Part shown: positions 19,724-29,152 of the stretch, piece after piece | Position numbering within the stretch: position 1 is the first letter of the stretch | Layout: the number at the start of each line of letters is the position of its first letter | IMG/VR virus record: IMGVR_UViG_3300020036_002473 | Span: 1-64,000 of that record | Length of the DNA stretch: 64,000 bases | Strand: one strand, 5' to 3' | Source: a virus | Taxonomy: Duplodnaviria; Caudoviricetes | Notes under the pieces: model-generated | The model's input: only the letters and a program-made list of their open reading frames with translations | Database searches by the model: none | What the model was told of the DNA's origin: nothing | Made by a program: the position numbers and the translations under genes

Positions 19724-19941
19724 TGCAACTACAAGAACCAACATTCTACGATTTCTGCACCAAGTTTCAAGAAGCAATTAAGAATGATTATTGTATCTCT
19801 ACGGATACGGATAAACTGCCGTGTACAATTGGTTCACAATTCTTTGCGACATTGGTGAAGATTAGCCCGCCTAAGCGTGTTGTAGAGGAAGAGGTTAAAC
19901 CAGAAGCTGCAAAGCCGTCTGCTAAGAAAGTGAAGGTATAG
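19723..19941 (+). CDS. Hypothetical protein
   Basis: TAATG translational coupling with the upstream ORF. Confidence 0.7.
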   Translation: MQLQEPTFYDFCTKFQEAIKNDYCISTDTDKLPCTIGSQFFATLVKISPPKRVVEEEVKPEAAKPSAKKVKV

Positions 19942-19944
19942 CCT

Positions 19945-20127
19945 ATGAGCCGTGGTGAAACTTTCATAAAAAGAAATGACGTAACAGGAGATTTGCTAAT
20001 GACAAAACCTGTGTCAGATAGTTATAGGGATAATTATGACAAAATCTTCCGCAAGGACAAACAGGCAGAGGCAAATTTGGATGTGGCTGCTGAAGAAGCA
20101 GAAGAAGGCTTGAATGACACAAATTAA
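19945..20127 (+). CDS. Hypothetical protein
   Basis: 'KNDVTGD..MTKP.SDSYRDNYDKIF' resembles a common small phage family. Confidence 0.65.
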   Translation: MSRGETFIKRNDVTGDLLMTKPVSDSYRDNYDKIFRKDKQAEANLDVAAEEAEEGLNDTN

Positions 20128-20335
20128 CGCACGTATCAGTAGTGACAATGAGCGTTATGTCTCAAATGAAACGGAAATGTTGCTGGTTAGCGAACATCCG
20201 CCTCCCTTAAATGTAAATTTGTTAATTGTTACAGAATTTGGAAAGTTGCTAATCGGGAAAATGGGGCCAGACGTAGTGGAATGGCAAGCCCTCCCCAAGC
20301 GCGCATCTAAAAACAAACAGAAGGAGAATGTATGA
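20114..20335 (+). CDS. Hypothetical protein (DUF551-like)
   Basis: 'VSEHPPP..VNLLI...VVEWQALP' pattern. Confidence 0.55.
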   Translation: MTQINARISSDNERYVSNETEMLLVSEHPPPLNVNLLIVTEFGKLLIGKMGPDVVEWQALPKRASKNKQKENV

Positions 20336-21126
20336 CACGAGTAAATGAAATTTCTGAAGAATTACTTCCTTACGTTGGAAAAGAACGTAGAAATTCATCT
20401 AAGCGTTCTGTGAAGGAAAAGCCTTCAGCAGCTACAAACGCAAAGTATATGGAAGAGAATGAAAACCGTATGCAGAAGTTTGTTCCAACAGCACAACAGA
20501 AGGTGCTTATCAATAAAGTACGTGAACACACACTTACTTTTGTTGACTCTGTAGCTGCTACAGGTAAAACTTCTAGTGTGCTTTGGTATTTCTGCCAAGA
20601 GTATATTAAAGACCCTTCACGGCAGATTGTAGTCATTCGTACACCAGTGGAAGCAGGGCCAGACAAGATTGGATTCTTGCCAAATGATTTGTCTGCTAAG
20701 CTTGAACCACATTTTGCATCTACTCGACGTATCCTAGAAGATTTCTTAGGTAAGACTCGTGTAGCTGCTGATGTTGGTAAACGCATTCATTTTATGATTC
20801 CTAACTATGTGCTAGGGTCTACAATTGATAACAGCCTAATTCTTGTGGATGAAGTACAACAAGTCCAACCACTTATCCTTAAACTACTACTTGAGCGTTT
20901 AGGTAAAAACTCTAAGTGTGTTGTCGCAGGTTGTAGTGACCAGCTCTACACAACAGATAAAAACCGTAATGCACTGAAGGACGCTATGCAGCGTTTCTTT
21001 ACTGTTGAAGGTGACGTGTACACTGCTAAATATCCAGACATTGCTACTCACAAGTTTGAGATTGAAGAAGTAATGCGACATGAGATTGTTAAAAGTGTTA
21101 TTCGCGCATATGTTGGGGCTAGTTGA
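20332..21126 (+). CDS. phoH: PhoH-like ATPase
   Basis: 'AATGKT', 'IGFLPNDLSAKLEPH', 'ILVDEVQ', 'RHEIVKSVIRAY'. Confidence 0.92.
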   Translation: MTRVNEISEELLPYVGKERRNSSKRSVKEKPSAATNAKYMEENENRMQKFVPTAQQKVLINKVREHTLTFVDSVAATGKTSSVLWYFCQEYIKDPSRQIVVIRTPVEAGPDKIGFLPNDLSAKLEPHFASTRRILEDFLGKTRVAADVGKRIHFMIPNYVLGSTIDNSLILVDEVQQVQPLILKLLLERLGKNSKCVVAGCSDQLYTTDKNRNALKDAMQRFFTVEGDVYTAKYPDIATHKFEIEEVMRHEIVKSVIRAYVGAS

Positions 21127-21464
21127 TGAGTAAAGTAAAAGATAAACATCTCTACCCCGTAGACAAACACGGAAACATGCTAGACGATGCTGGCTATCGT
21201 TGCTCACCTCCTGCTAGCTGGCTTCCAATGGAGAAGTTTAAAGCTTCCTTACGCTTTATCGAAGAAGAGCGTGGACGGAGTAGCTTTCGCTTGATCTGTA
21301 AGGATGTTGTGACAGGGAAGCGTTATAGCGTTATGGCTAATTCTTTGGGAGCATTTATTAAGCGTTGCCGTGAAGGTGTTGTTGAAGGGGAGTGGCAGGT
21401 TGTGCAGCGTGGAGCAAGCTTCGGCACAGTATTATTAGAAGAGGAGAGTGTGGATGGTGAATAA
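21123..21464 (+). CDS. Hypothetical protein
   Basis: 113 aa, coupled to phoH. Confidence 0.7.
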   Translation: MMSKVKDKHLYPVDKHGNMLDDAGYRCSPPASWLPMEKFKASLRFIEEERGRSSFRLICKDVVTGKRYSVMANSLGAFIKRCREGVVEGEWQVVQRGASFGTVLLEEESVDGE

Positions 21465-22182
21465 TAAACAAATTAGAAATGTACGGACATTTGGTGCAGA
21501 TTTCTCTCAGACAACAACACCATTTAGTGTTTACGCTGCTACACGTCAAAGCGTAGACTATGTTGTAAACTTGTGGGATTGTTTAGAGACGTTGAGCGAC
21601 ATAGACGAGGCTCTGATGGTATTGCAGTTGGCCTCTGAGGACGACACTGTAACATTACGTTTAAACATGGATGGTGGAAGTCATTCTGTAGGTGATGCTC
21701 TCATTCAAGCTATGCAATCGTGTAAATGTGAAGTACATGTTATAGCAAGTGGGCGCATTGCTTCTTATGGTACGTTCATTTTATTGTCAGCCGATTCATT
21801 CGAGATTAGCGAGTTTGCCACGATAATGTGCCATGCGGCTAGTTTTGGGAGCTTTGGTAAACAAGGGGCTGTAAAAGAGCATGTAATGTTTGAACATGAC
21901 CAGTGTGTGAAAATGATTAAGCATTATTACAAATACTTTCTGACAGAAGCAGAGATTACACGCCTGCTGGAAGAAGGGCATGACCTATGGCTTACAGCAG
22001 AACAGTTTATTGAACGCTTCCAGCAAAGAAATAAACTCCTAGCAGCAGAACAAGACACATGCGATTGCGAAGAATGTAATGGTTGTGACGATGATGAGCC
22101 ACTGACAGAGGAAGAAGAGGAGGAATTGCACAAAGCACTAGAAGGTTTAAAACACAAAATTAAAGATAAAGATGCGATGTAA
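21454..22182 (+). CDS. ClpP-like serine protease
   Basis: 'LNMDGG', Ser in 'IASYG', His in 'IMCH', Asp in 'HDLWLTAEQ' match the ClpP triad pattern; acidic, Cys-containing tail. Confidence 0.8.
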   Translation: MVNNKQIRNVRTFGADFSQTTTPFSVYAATRQSVDYVVNLWDCLETLSDIDEALMVLQLASEDDTVTLRLNMDGGSHSVGDALIQAMQSCKCEVHVIASGRIASYGTFILLSADSFEISEFATIMCHAASFGSFGKQGAVKEHVMFEHDQCVKMIKHYYKYFLTEAEITRLLEEGHDLWLTAEQFIERFQQRNKLLAAEQDTCDCEECNGCDDDEPLTEEEEEELHKALEGLKHKIKDKDAM

Positions 22183-22221
22183 GCCATTGCCATAACGCCA
22201 TGTAGAAATACAAGCAAAAAC

Positions 22222-22297
22222 AGCCCTATAAAATCGTTAAAAGTGCTTGCTTAATACTCCGGTATAGGCTAACATGAATTATCGGTTTTATAGGGCT
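22222..22297. repeat. Long intergenic stem-loop (member of a dispersed family)
   Basis: AGCCCTATAAAATCG...CGGTTTTATAGGGCT; interior CCGGTATAGG resembles the other copies. Confidence 0.6.
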
Positions 22298-22351
22298 TTT
22301 TCTCGTGCATAAAGAGGGAAACATAGGCATTAATTTTACAAGGAGAAACGT

Positions 22352-23545
22352 GTGAAGCTAACTATCAATAGAGACGTGGATGAGGATGGTGAAAATGTTG
22401 TTGTGTTTGGAAACTTGCGCATGTCATTTCATTCTGACAGCCACAAGACGTTCTATTCAAAATCTAGTAAGGATGGCTTGTTACGTTGGCTTTACACGCA
22501 AACAACTGGAAAGCCTGATGACAATCTTCGTAAGCTACCTTCTTGGAAAGAATTCTACACAGCCATTGGAGATGAGTGGGGCTGTAGTGTTGCTAAAATG
22601 ATGCCTATTCTACAACATGCTATCTATTACCATTTGGTTGTTCCAAAAATGAATGCTATTAAGCACGTATGTTTCTGGAAGAAAGCTCATAAAAAACAAA
22701 AAATCCATGTTATAGGCAATTATAAAAGCATTGAGCAAGTTGTAAAGGATGGAAACAGCAGGCTTCTTCCTTTAATGTATAAGAAGAATTGCTATGACAC
22801 AAAAGTATTAAAAGAAAACTATGGGAGTAGCTTATGGAAGTATCTTTGCTCTTGCAAAAAGCATAGAATTTCTGTTATAGCTAAGAACATTAATATGCAG
22901 GATGATGCTTGGGAGTATGTACACAAGATACCAACAGGACTACTAGATGATGCCCACCCTATAACGTACAATACATATGTTACAGAAAAGGAAGCTGTAA
23001 AGATCATAGACTGGGTGGTTGGGAATATTCCGTACACAAAATGTGACGCCTCAAAGCTTATATCGCTTCTTAGGGATACTGTTGCTATGGGTAGGTCCCT
23101 TGATAAACCATTAAACTTTAACAAGCTAAAAGGTCATGGATATGAGGACATTATTACATTGCATGACAAACTAGCTATTGAGCATAGGGCTAAACAGGAT
23201 GAGATACAAAGCAAGCGTATGGACTTGGTGTTGTGCAAAGGATTACCTGAAATTGTTGAGAAAGACAATATTACAGCTACACTGCTAGACACAAGACGTA
23301 AACTTAGTGAAGAAGGGAATGTTATGCACCACTGTGTTAGCTCATATGCTTCTTATGTTGAAAGGGGAGAATATCTTGTGTATAGTGTGAGAGGGAATAA
23401 CGAGAGGTCTACAATTGGGCTACAAAAAGTAGGGGATACTTTTGATATTGAGCAAGTTAGGGGTGTTTGCAACGCTAATGTCAGCGAATCTCATAAAATG
23501 TTTGCTTTACACGTTTTAACAGAATTGAATAAGGAGAGTATCTAA
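22352..23545 (+). CDS. PcfJ-like domain protein
   Basis: C-terminal 'LSEEGNVMHHCVSSY...YLVYSVR...STIGL...EQVRGVCNA' is the PcfJ signature. Confidence 0.8.
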   Translation: MKLTINRDVDEDGENVVVFGNLRMSFHSDSHKTFYSKSSKDGLLRWLYTQTTGKPDDNLRKLPSWKEFYTAIGDEWGCSVAKMMPILQHAIYYHLVVPKMNAIKHVCFWKKAHKKQKIHVIGNYKSIEQVVKDGNSRLLPLMYKKNCYDTKVLKENYGSSLWKYLCSCKKHRISVIAKNINMQDDAWEYVHKIPTGLLDDAHPITYNTYVTEKEAVKIIDWVVGNIPYTKCDASKLISLLRDTVAMGRSLDKPLNFNKLKGHGYEDIITLHDKLAIEHRAKQDEIQSKRMDLVLCKGLPEIVEKDNITATLLDTRRKLSEEGNVMHHCVSSYASYVERGEYLVYSVRGNNERSTIGLQKVGDTFDIEQVRGVCNANVSESHKMFALHVLTELNKESI

Positions 23546-23787
23546 TGGCTACAGAATGGAAACAAACAAGCTTCAAGCTAACGCTGACACCACAAATGTC
23601 AAGCAAGGTTGAAGATGTTATAAACGAGGCTCACAGGATTGCACAGGAGCTTAATGTTATTGTATGCTTCACCTTCAATGGCTGCTACATGGAAATTGGA
23701 AGCAACCACAAGAAGGAATGGCTGCTGGAAGTTTGGAAGAATTACCTAGCTAACATGTCACAATGTAAAGGAGAAACAAAATGCTAA
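23545..23787 (+). CDS. Hypothetical protein
   Basis: Coupled start; AAGGAG RBS. Confidence 0.7.
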   Translation: MATEWKQTSFKLTLTPQMSSKVEDVINEAHRIAQELNVIVCFTFNGCYMEIGSNHKKEWLLEVWKNYLANMSQCKGETKC

Positions 23788-23978
23788 CAAATATTGAGCT
23801 ACAGAATTGGTTGAAGCAATTTCCAGATGATTTGAAAGTGTCTGTGTTGGAAGAAAGGAAAGATGTGACTGGATGTCTTACATGGACGACATTCACAGAA
23901 GCTGAGATTGGAAACAATGTTGAATATGTCTTGCAATATATGACAAAGACACCAACAATTTGCTTTGGAAATAATTAG
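23781..23978 (+). CDS. Hypothetical protein
   Basis: AAGGAG RBS; overlapping start. Confidence 0.7.
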   Translation: MLTNIELQNWLKQFPDDLKVSVLEERKDVTGCLTWTTFTEAEIGNNVEYVLQYMTKTPTICFGNN

Positions 23979-23990
23979 AGGAGAACTATT

Positions 23991-24416
23991 ATGAGAAATT
24001 CTTGGAGAACTTCCGTTGGGGGCGTAGCCACATACTCGGTAATTCGCCTATGGAACAAAGGAGATAAGACGGGGTCTTTGCTAGGAATGTTCCTAACGCT
24101 TCTTGGCCCGCAAGGGTGCTTCTTTCTTCTTTGCTTCCTGATTATTGCTGTTGTTAATTTCTGGATGTGGCTAATCGGAGCAGCCCTCCTCTTGTGGGCA
24201 AGCTTAGCTATTGCTATTAGTTTGTCTATGCCTAAGTATTTCTTCAATGCTGGCTGCTGGTGGACAACAGAAGGAGATAATACGCATGTTGTAGACACAG
24301 CATGGATGCAGGAGAAATTTACGAAAGAGCAGCGTGTAGATATGCAAAGGAAATTTTTGAAGGCGCTGGGGAAATACCGTAAGGATTACCCTCATATGTC
24401 GTTGGATGTTTTATAG
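23991..24416 (+). CDS. Predicted membrane protein
   Basis: Two long hydrophobic stretches; GAGGAG RBS. Confidence 0.7.
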   Translation: MRNSWRTSVGGVATYSVIRLWNKGDKTGSLLGMFLTLLGPQGCFFLLCFLIIAVVNFWMWLIGAALLLWASLAIAISLSMPKYFFNAGCWWTTEGDNTHVVDTAWMQEKFTKEQRVDMQRKFLKALGKYRKDYPHMSLDVL

Positions 24417-24559
24417 GATTTAAGCCATTATTGAAGAGTCAAGTAGAGATTTTCACTTGTATAATCATTAGGTTACAATGGTTTTCAACAAATTTACGCC
24501 CCATATGAGTAGAGGCATATGGAGGTATTGTTTATTAGCTTTAAGAGAGGAGATATACT

Positions 24560-25828
24560 ATGAGAATGTTAAACATGAATATCACGTATGGTAGAGTGGT
24601 AGATTGTTGGATTAGAGATAGGTATGGAAATGAATGTAGTGATAGTGTTATTAAAGCTATGTGTATTGTCGTAGCTAATGTTCTCTCGTCTAAGGTAGAA
24701 CACACGTATGTTAGACGTAAGACTTCAGTGATAGCAAGTAAATATAATAGACTTAAAATCACTATGACTCACTACAAGACAGCAGCAGATAGACTACACA
24801 AGGATGGATTGGTAGAGAAGTACGATGGTAAGGCTCATTTACATGAAGAGCTACGTGAGAGTGCATGGGTAAAGGGTAGCGGCATATACAAAGAGTTTGA
24901 TGTTGCTACACAGAAAGAAATGTCCTCTAGTTACGATGATACATTGCAAACAATTATTCTACGTGCAAAGAAAACAAAAGGTGTGAGTGGAAGTGATGCT
25001 CTTTTAGGATATAAGGACAACACAAATATTTATTCTATGCGTAAAGTTGTTATTGGGCTGAATAAATTGAATAAGAAGCACAAGTTTACTTTGCAAGGTG
25101 TAGAAATGGATAACTCCAGCATGGTAAGGATATTTAATGGTGCTTGGGACAAAGGTGGAAGGTTTTATAGATGTGGTGTGCAAGATGTTAAGCAGCGAGA
25201 TAGTAATAAAATGCCACTTCCTATTGAACAAACCAGATTAGGAATTCTTATTGACAATAGTCCTGTCATAGAGATTGACTTTAGAAGCCTTCACCCACTA
25301 ATTGTGTATGCCAAGGATGGAATTGACGTACACAAGTTCAAGGGAGACTTCTACGAATACATTATGTCTTGCTCCACATTTGATTTGAAAGAAGCTGATA
25401 GGCAGCTAATCAAGCTTGGTGTTGTTATTGCATTCAACTCTCTGGATGAGACAAAGGCAGCTGCTGCACTACAGAAAGAGATTAACTTTAACAAGGGAGT
25501 GTACTCATTCTCTCGTGGCTGGGATGTGTATAGCCTAATTTATAAAAGCTTGGAAGAAATACAACATTATTTCTGTTCTGCTGAAGGAACAGGCTTGCAT
25601 TTGCAATACATTGATAGTATGATTGCTGAAGAAGTGGCTAGAACATTTATTGCAGATGGAAAGCCACTACTTCCTGTGCATGACTCATTTGTTGTGAAAG
25701 CAGAAGATGAGAATAAGCTTCTGGAAGCTATGTGTTGGAGCTTCAGAAAAGTGACAGGGAATGATAATATTCCTATTGGACTGAAGATAAAACGATGGGA
25801 TAGTAGTGAAGAAAATTACATTGACTAG
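24560..25828 (+). CDS. Compact polymerase of the T7-RNAP/PolA superfamily, function unknown
   Basis: 'WDKGGRFY' (DxxGR-like), motif A 'EIDFRSLH', motif B 'RQLIK', motif C 'VHDSF'; strong RBS. Confidence 0.65.
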   Translation: MRMLNMNITYGRVVDCWIRDRYGNECSDSVIKAMCIVVANVLSSKVEHTYVRRKTSVIASKYNRLKITMTHYKTAADRLHKDGLVEKYDGKAHLHEELRESAWVKGSGIYKEFDVATQKEMSSSYDDTLQTIILRAKKTKGVSGSDALLGYKDNTNIYSMRKVVIGLNKLNKKHKFTLQGVEMDNSSMVRIFNGAWDKGGRFYRCGVQDVKQRDSNKMPLPIEQTRLGILIDNSPVIEIDFRSLHPLIVYAKDGIDVHKFKGDFYEYIMSCSTFDLKEADRQLIKLGVVIAFNSLDETKAAAALQKEINFNKGVYSFSRGWDVYSLIYKSLEEIQHYFCSAEGTGLHLQYIDSMIAEEVARTFIADGKPLLPVHDSFVVKAEDENKLLEAMCWSFRKVTGNDNIPIGLKIKRWDSSEENYID

Positions 25829-25935
25829 CGTCTATGGCTCAGAAGAGAATTATATTGATTAGGCTGTAACCAGCTAATTAATTGTAAACAATTGAGGAGA
25901 ACTAAATTAAGAAGGTTAATATACACCAAGCGAAG

Positions 25936-26109
25936 ATGTTTTTAGAAGAACTAGACAGGATTAATGGCCTTAATCTGGAGGACATTGTGTTCACTAACTT
26001 CACTGGAGAGAAGATTGTTATTCCAGATGATGTCTTGTCAGAGTGGAAGATTGGCGGCCTTGACAACACGGCATTCATTCGTGATTATTTTATGGGGAGG
26101 CTCGGTTAA
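25936..26109 (+). CDS. Hypothetical protein (57 aa)
   Basis: Manual ORF MFLEELDRINGLNLEDIVF...; abuts the next ATG. Confidence 0.6.
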   Translation: MFLEELDRINGLNLEDIVFTNFTGEKIVIPDDVLSEWKIGGLDNTAFIRDYFMGRLG

Positions 26110-26316
26110 ATGACATACAAAACAATTAGAGAATACGTAGAAGCTGACGTCTGGATTTCACTCTACTCTGCAATGCTTTCTAGTGGTTGTGCAGGTACAC
26201 AGAAAGCTGCTGAACGAGCCGATGCTGCCCTGTGCGAGTTTGAAAGCCGCTATGTTGTAACAGAAAAATGTTTTGACACACAGAAACGATATATTATGGA
26301 AGGGGCTAAGCTATGA
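26110..26316 (+). CDS. Hypothetical protein
   Basis: Packed in the operon. Confidence 0.65.
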   Translation: MTYKTIREYVEADVWISLYSAMLSSGCAGTQKAAERADAALCEFESRYVVTEKCFDTQKRYIMEGAKL

Positions 26317-26588
26317 CATACAAAAACAGCAACATGCTATTGCTAGAGGCTAAAATTGTCCTCCCACGATTCTTAGAAGAAATTTGGGAAGACATTGACA
26401 AGGCTGACGCTATGGGAGAGAATAATATCAGCTTCACGCTTCCTTCTAATGTGTTCCTTGTGGAAGGGTTGGAGAAGGAACTTACGAAAAGCAATAGCCT
26501 TAAGCAAATTAACATTCAGGAAGTGAATGGGGCTTATGTGTTGAATATTAAATGGAGACGTGCTAACAAGAAGGATGGTGTACAATGA
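26313..26588 (+). CDS. Hypothetical protein
   Basis: ATGA coupling. Confidence 0.7.
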   Translation: MTYKNSNMLLLEAKIVLPRFLEEIWEDIDKADAMGENNISFTLPSNVFLVEGLEKELTKSNSLKQINIQEVNGAYVLNIKWRRANKKDGVQ

Positions 26589-26718
26589 GCGATGAATGGT
26601 TTTGGAAGATTATGACTATTACTGTTGTGATGGCTATTCTTTCTGTAAGTGTTCGTGTAAGTCAAGTGGCCGATGCTATTAAAGCTAACAACACATGCAC
26701 ACAACAAGAGGAGAAGAA

Positions 26719-27066
26719 ATGAACCTATTATCACAATTTGAAAACATTAAAACAAACACTCGTATGCCTATAGAGCACACAAATATTGGAGTGTTTTGTA
26801 ACGAGAATACATTATCAGATGTTGTAGGCTACCAAACAATGTGCTGCTTCCAAGCAACATTTGGTGTTACGTACACCCTGTCTCCCGCTGATGATAACTA
26901 TTCAATTAGTAAGAAACAAGACATAGCTCGTAGACGGTTGTTGCAAGGCTTGTATGGGGAGGTGCAAGACAAGCTTATCACAGCACAACATCTAATTATG
27001 TCTGGAAAATATTATGATGCTGTGGATGTGTTAGAAGAAGTGCTTAAGGCTACGAGAGGAGAATAA
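26719..27066 (+). CDS. Hypothetical protein
   Basis: Start MNLLSQ after GAGGAG. Confidence 0.7.
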   Translation: MNLLSQFENIKTNTRMPIEHTNIGVFCNENTLSDVVGYQTMCCFQATFGVTYTLSPADDNYSISKKQDIARRRLLQGLYGEVQDKLITAQHLIMSGKYYDAVDVLEEVLKATRGE

Positions 27067-27069
27067 ACA

Positions 27070-27318
27070 ATGACAGAAGAATTAGAGGCATTTGAGCAAT
27101 GGCGTAAAGGGCCGCACGAGGACGGGTATAGCGCAGCTGACGCTTTTGTAGCCGGAGCTGAGTGGCATAAGCAGAAGCTAGCACGTAAAGAAGTAGAAAT
27201 ATCTGGTGCATTATTCTTTAGCAGGCTTCACAGCAATAACCTTGAGAAAGAAGTAGAAGAATTAAATAAGGAAATTGAAGAGCTACGTACTAAAATGTGT
27301 TTAAGGAATATGTTATGA
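27070..27318 (+). CDS. Hypothetical coiled-coil protein
   Basis: GAGGAG RBS. Confidence 0.7.
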   Translation: MTEELEAFEQWRKGPHEDGYSAADAFVAGAEWHKQKLARKEVEISGALFFSRLHSNNLEKEVEELNKEIEELRTKMCLRNML

Positions 27319-27638
27319 ACCTAAACGATGGGCTTATTGGCTTGCAGAAAGACCCTCCCTATAAACCTCCCTTCAAAATAGGAGATGATGTGTACGTGCT
27401 TACATGTGGAATGAGAGAGCCTGCTACAATTGTTGAAGCCACTTACAAAACAATGTTTACAAGGCGCTTCTTAGTGAAAGTGTTCCTTGCTAAAGCTCGG
27501 ACACATGTTGTGTACGACATTGCTAACATTGTTCATAGGGAAAGGGAGATAGATAAACTATCATCTTGGGATGTCATGTATAATGTGTTAGGTAAAGATA
27601 TACGTGATGTGCCTCCTGATAAACTACAGAAGCTATAG
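27315..27638 (+). CDS. Hypothetical protein
   Basis: ATGA coupling at 27315. Confidence 0.7.
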   Translation: MNLNDGLIGLQKDPPYKPPFKIGDDVYVLTCGMREPATIVEATYKTMFTRRFLVKVFLAKARTHVVYDIANIVHREREIDKLSSWDVMYNVLGKDIRDVPPDKLQKL

Positions 27639-27644
27639 ATTTTA

Positions 27645-27755
27645 AATAGGCATAAAGGTGGTTTCTAGGCTGATTAGATACGAGTAAATCAATTTAAACA
27701 GCTTAGGTGATACCTTCCTATTACCGGATGTAATCCAATCGTTTTATACCCTATA
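27645..27755. repeat. Intergenic stem-loop of the CCTATTACC family
   Basis: Contains TTCTAGGCT and TACC-TT-CCTATTACC...CGTTTTATACC, related to the 35.1 and 39.55 kb copies. Confidence 0.5.
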
Positions 27756-27806
27756 AACATAAGGAGATGTGTTACGCACCCTCCGTTCGATGCAAGGAAA
27801 ACACAA

Positions 27807-28070
27807 ATGAACATACGCAAGAAGAAACAACAACACATTGCAAATATTGAGCTTGCTTACAAGCCAACATTAAGGCAAACAATTAGGTGTCTCCTTAAGA
27901 TGTTTTCAAAGCGTAGAATATCTTACAACAAGACAAATAAAGAGCTTACAAAAGTTATGTGCAAGGCTGCTAGGAAAATTAGATTAGGGCCTCCTATTCC
28001 AGAAGGGTATAGCAAGCTTGAAGATGCTATTGCTAGGAGTAAGGCTAAACGTGAGGAGAAGAATAAATGA
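27807..28070 (+). CDS. Basic hypothetical protein
   Basis: AAGGA RBS; Lys/Arg-rich. Confidence 0.65.
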   Translation: MNIRKKKQQHIANIELAYKPTLRQTIRCLLKMFSKRRISYNKTNKELTKVMCKAARKIRLGPPIPEGYSKLEDAIARSKAKREEKNK

Positions 28071-28279
28071 AGGCAAATAAAGATCAGGTGGAGTTTGAGG
28101 AGTGGTATAAATTATGGTTTGAGGAAAAACTACTGAAAAAGGATGCTTGTGGAAGATATTTATATTCAAAAACCTATAACGCATTTTTTGCTTGGCAAGG
28201 CGGCACCAAGCGTTATCAATCACGCATTACAGAGCTTGAAGTTGAACTACTGCGCCTGAAAGGAGTGAATGGTGAATAA
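28067..28279 (+). CDS. Hypothetical protein
   Basis: ATGA coupling; 'EFEEW...Y...AFFAWQ' pattern. Confidence 0.7.
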   Translation: MKANKDQVEFEEWYKLWFEEKLLKKDACGRYLYSKTYNAFFAWQGGTKRYQSRITELEVELLRLKGVNGE

Positions 28280-28685
28280 TTATTTAAGCAACATAACACA
28301 AGAACAACGAGCAGCTAATTTAGCAAAAGCACAAGCCTCCCGCCAAGCAGCTAACAAACATGCACAAGAAACATATTACACATGGCCTTTGTCTGAAGGG
28401 CATTGGCTGGAATTAGCTACAAAATATGGAGTACGCCTTCCTGTGTTCTCTAAGAAAGCCACAGGGCAGCTTCTTTACAAATACGCTAGGATGCTAAGCC
28501 TCCCTGACGGCTCATGGGAGGAAGCTATGTTTGGGGTGGCTTATGCGTCTAATAGTGTTGCTGGAGCATTGCGTAAAGAAAGTGTTGACAGAGAAGGAAA
28601 GCTTAAATATAATGCTAGGTGTTATGTAGGGCATTTGCTTGAGCATAAGGAATTTTTAGAAAAGGAGAAGAATAATGGGAATTGA
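28269..28685 (+). CDS. Hypothetical protein
   Basis: AAGGAG RBS. Confidence 0.7.
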   Translation: MVNNYLSNITQEQRAANLAKAQASRQAANKHAQETYYTWPLSEGHWLELATKYGVRLPVFSKKATGQLLYKYARMLSLPDGSWEEAMFGVAYASNSVAGALRKESVDREGKLKYNARCYVGHLLEHKEFLEKEKNNGN

Positions 28686-28971
28686 TGTAGCTTGTGCATT
28701 AGTGGTGGGGCTTCCTTTCTTGGAGGTTGTAGAGGACGGAGGAGACTGGTGGGATAAGCATGAAGGAGAGTTGTCACGCTACAGTGTTTGGTATGATTGT
28801 CCAGACAAGGCATGTCTACTTGGAATTGGTGTGTTAGAGTCACTAGATTATACATACGAAGAAATTACAAATGTTAATTCCTTGTTAGCTCAAATAGAGA
28901 AAGCTAAAGAGAAGTTTAAAGGATTGACAGGGCTTGAAGGCAAGGTGTATATTACACCGAATGTTCCATAG
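28675..28971 (+). CDS. Hypothetical protein
   Basis: AAGGAG RBS. Confidence 0.7.
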   Translation: MGIDVACALVVGLPFLEVVEDGGDWWDKHEGELSRYSVWYDCPDKACLLGIGVLESLDYTYEEITNVNSLLAQIEKAKEKFKGLTGLEGKVYITPNVP

Positions 28972-28972
28972 C

Positions 28973-29152
28973 ATGAACGTCTTTGATGAGAAGCTTATGC
29001 GTGATGCTGTTGTAACAAAAGAACATATAGACAACATTATTGCTACAAGGAATTATAAAAAGTTTTCATATGAAGAATGTGGCGGCTGCTGTAATGGCAT
29101 TGTTGCAGATGATGTGGTGTATATTATGGAAATTAAACATAAGGAGAAATAA
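28973..29152 (+). CDS. Small hypothetical protein with a CxxC-like motif (ECGGCC)
   Basis: ATG one base after the upstream stop. Confidence 0.55.
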   Translation: MNVFDEKLMRDAVVTKEHIDNIIATRNYKKFSYEECGGCCNGIVADDVVYIMEIKHKEK

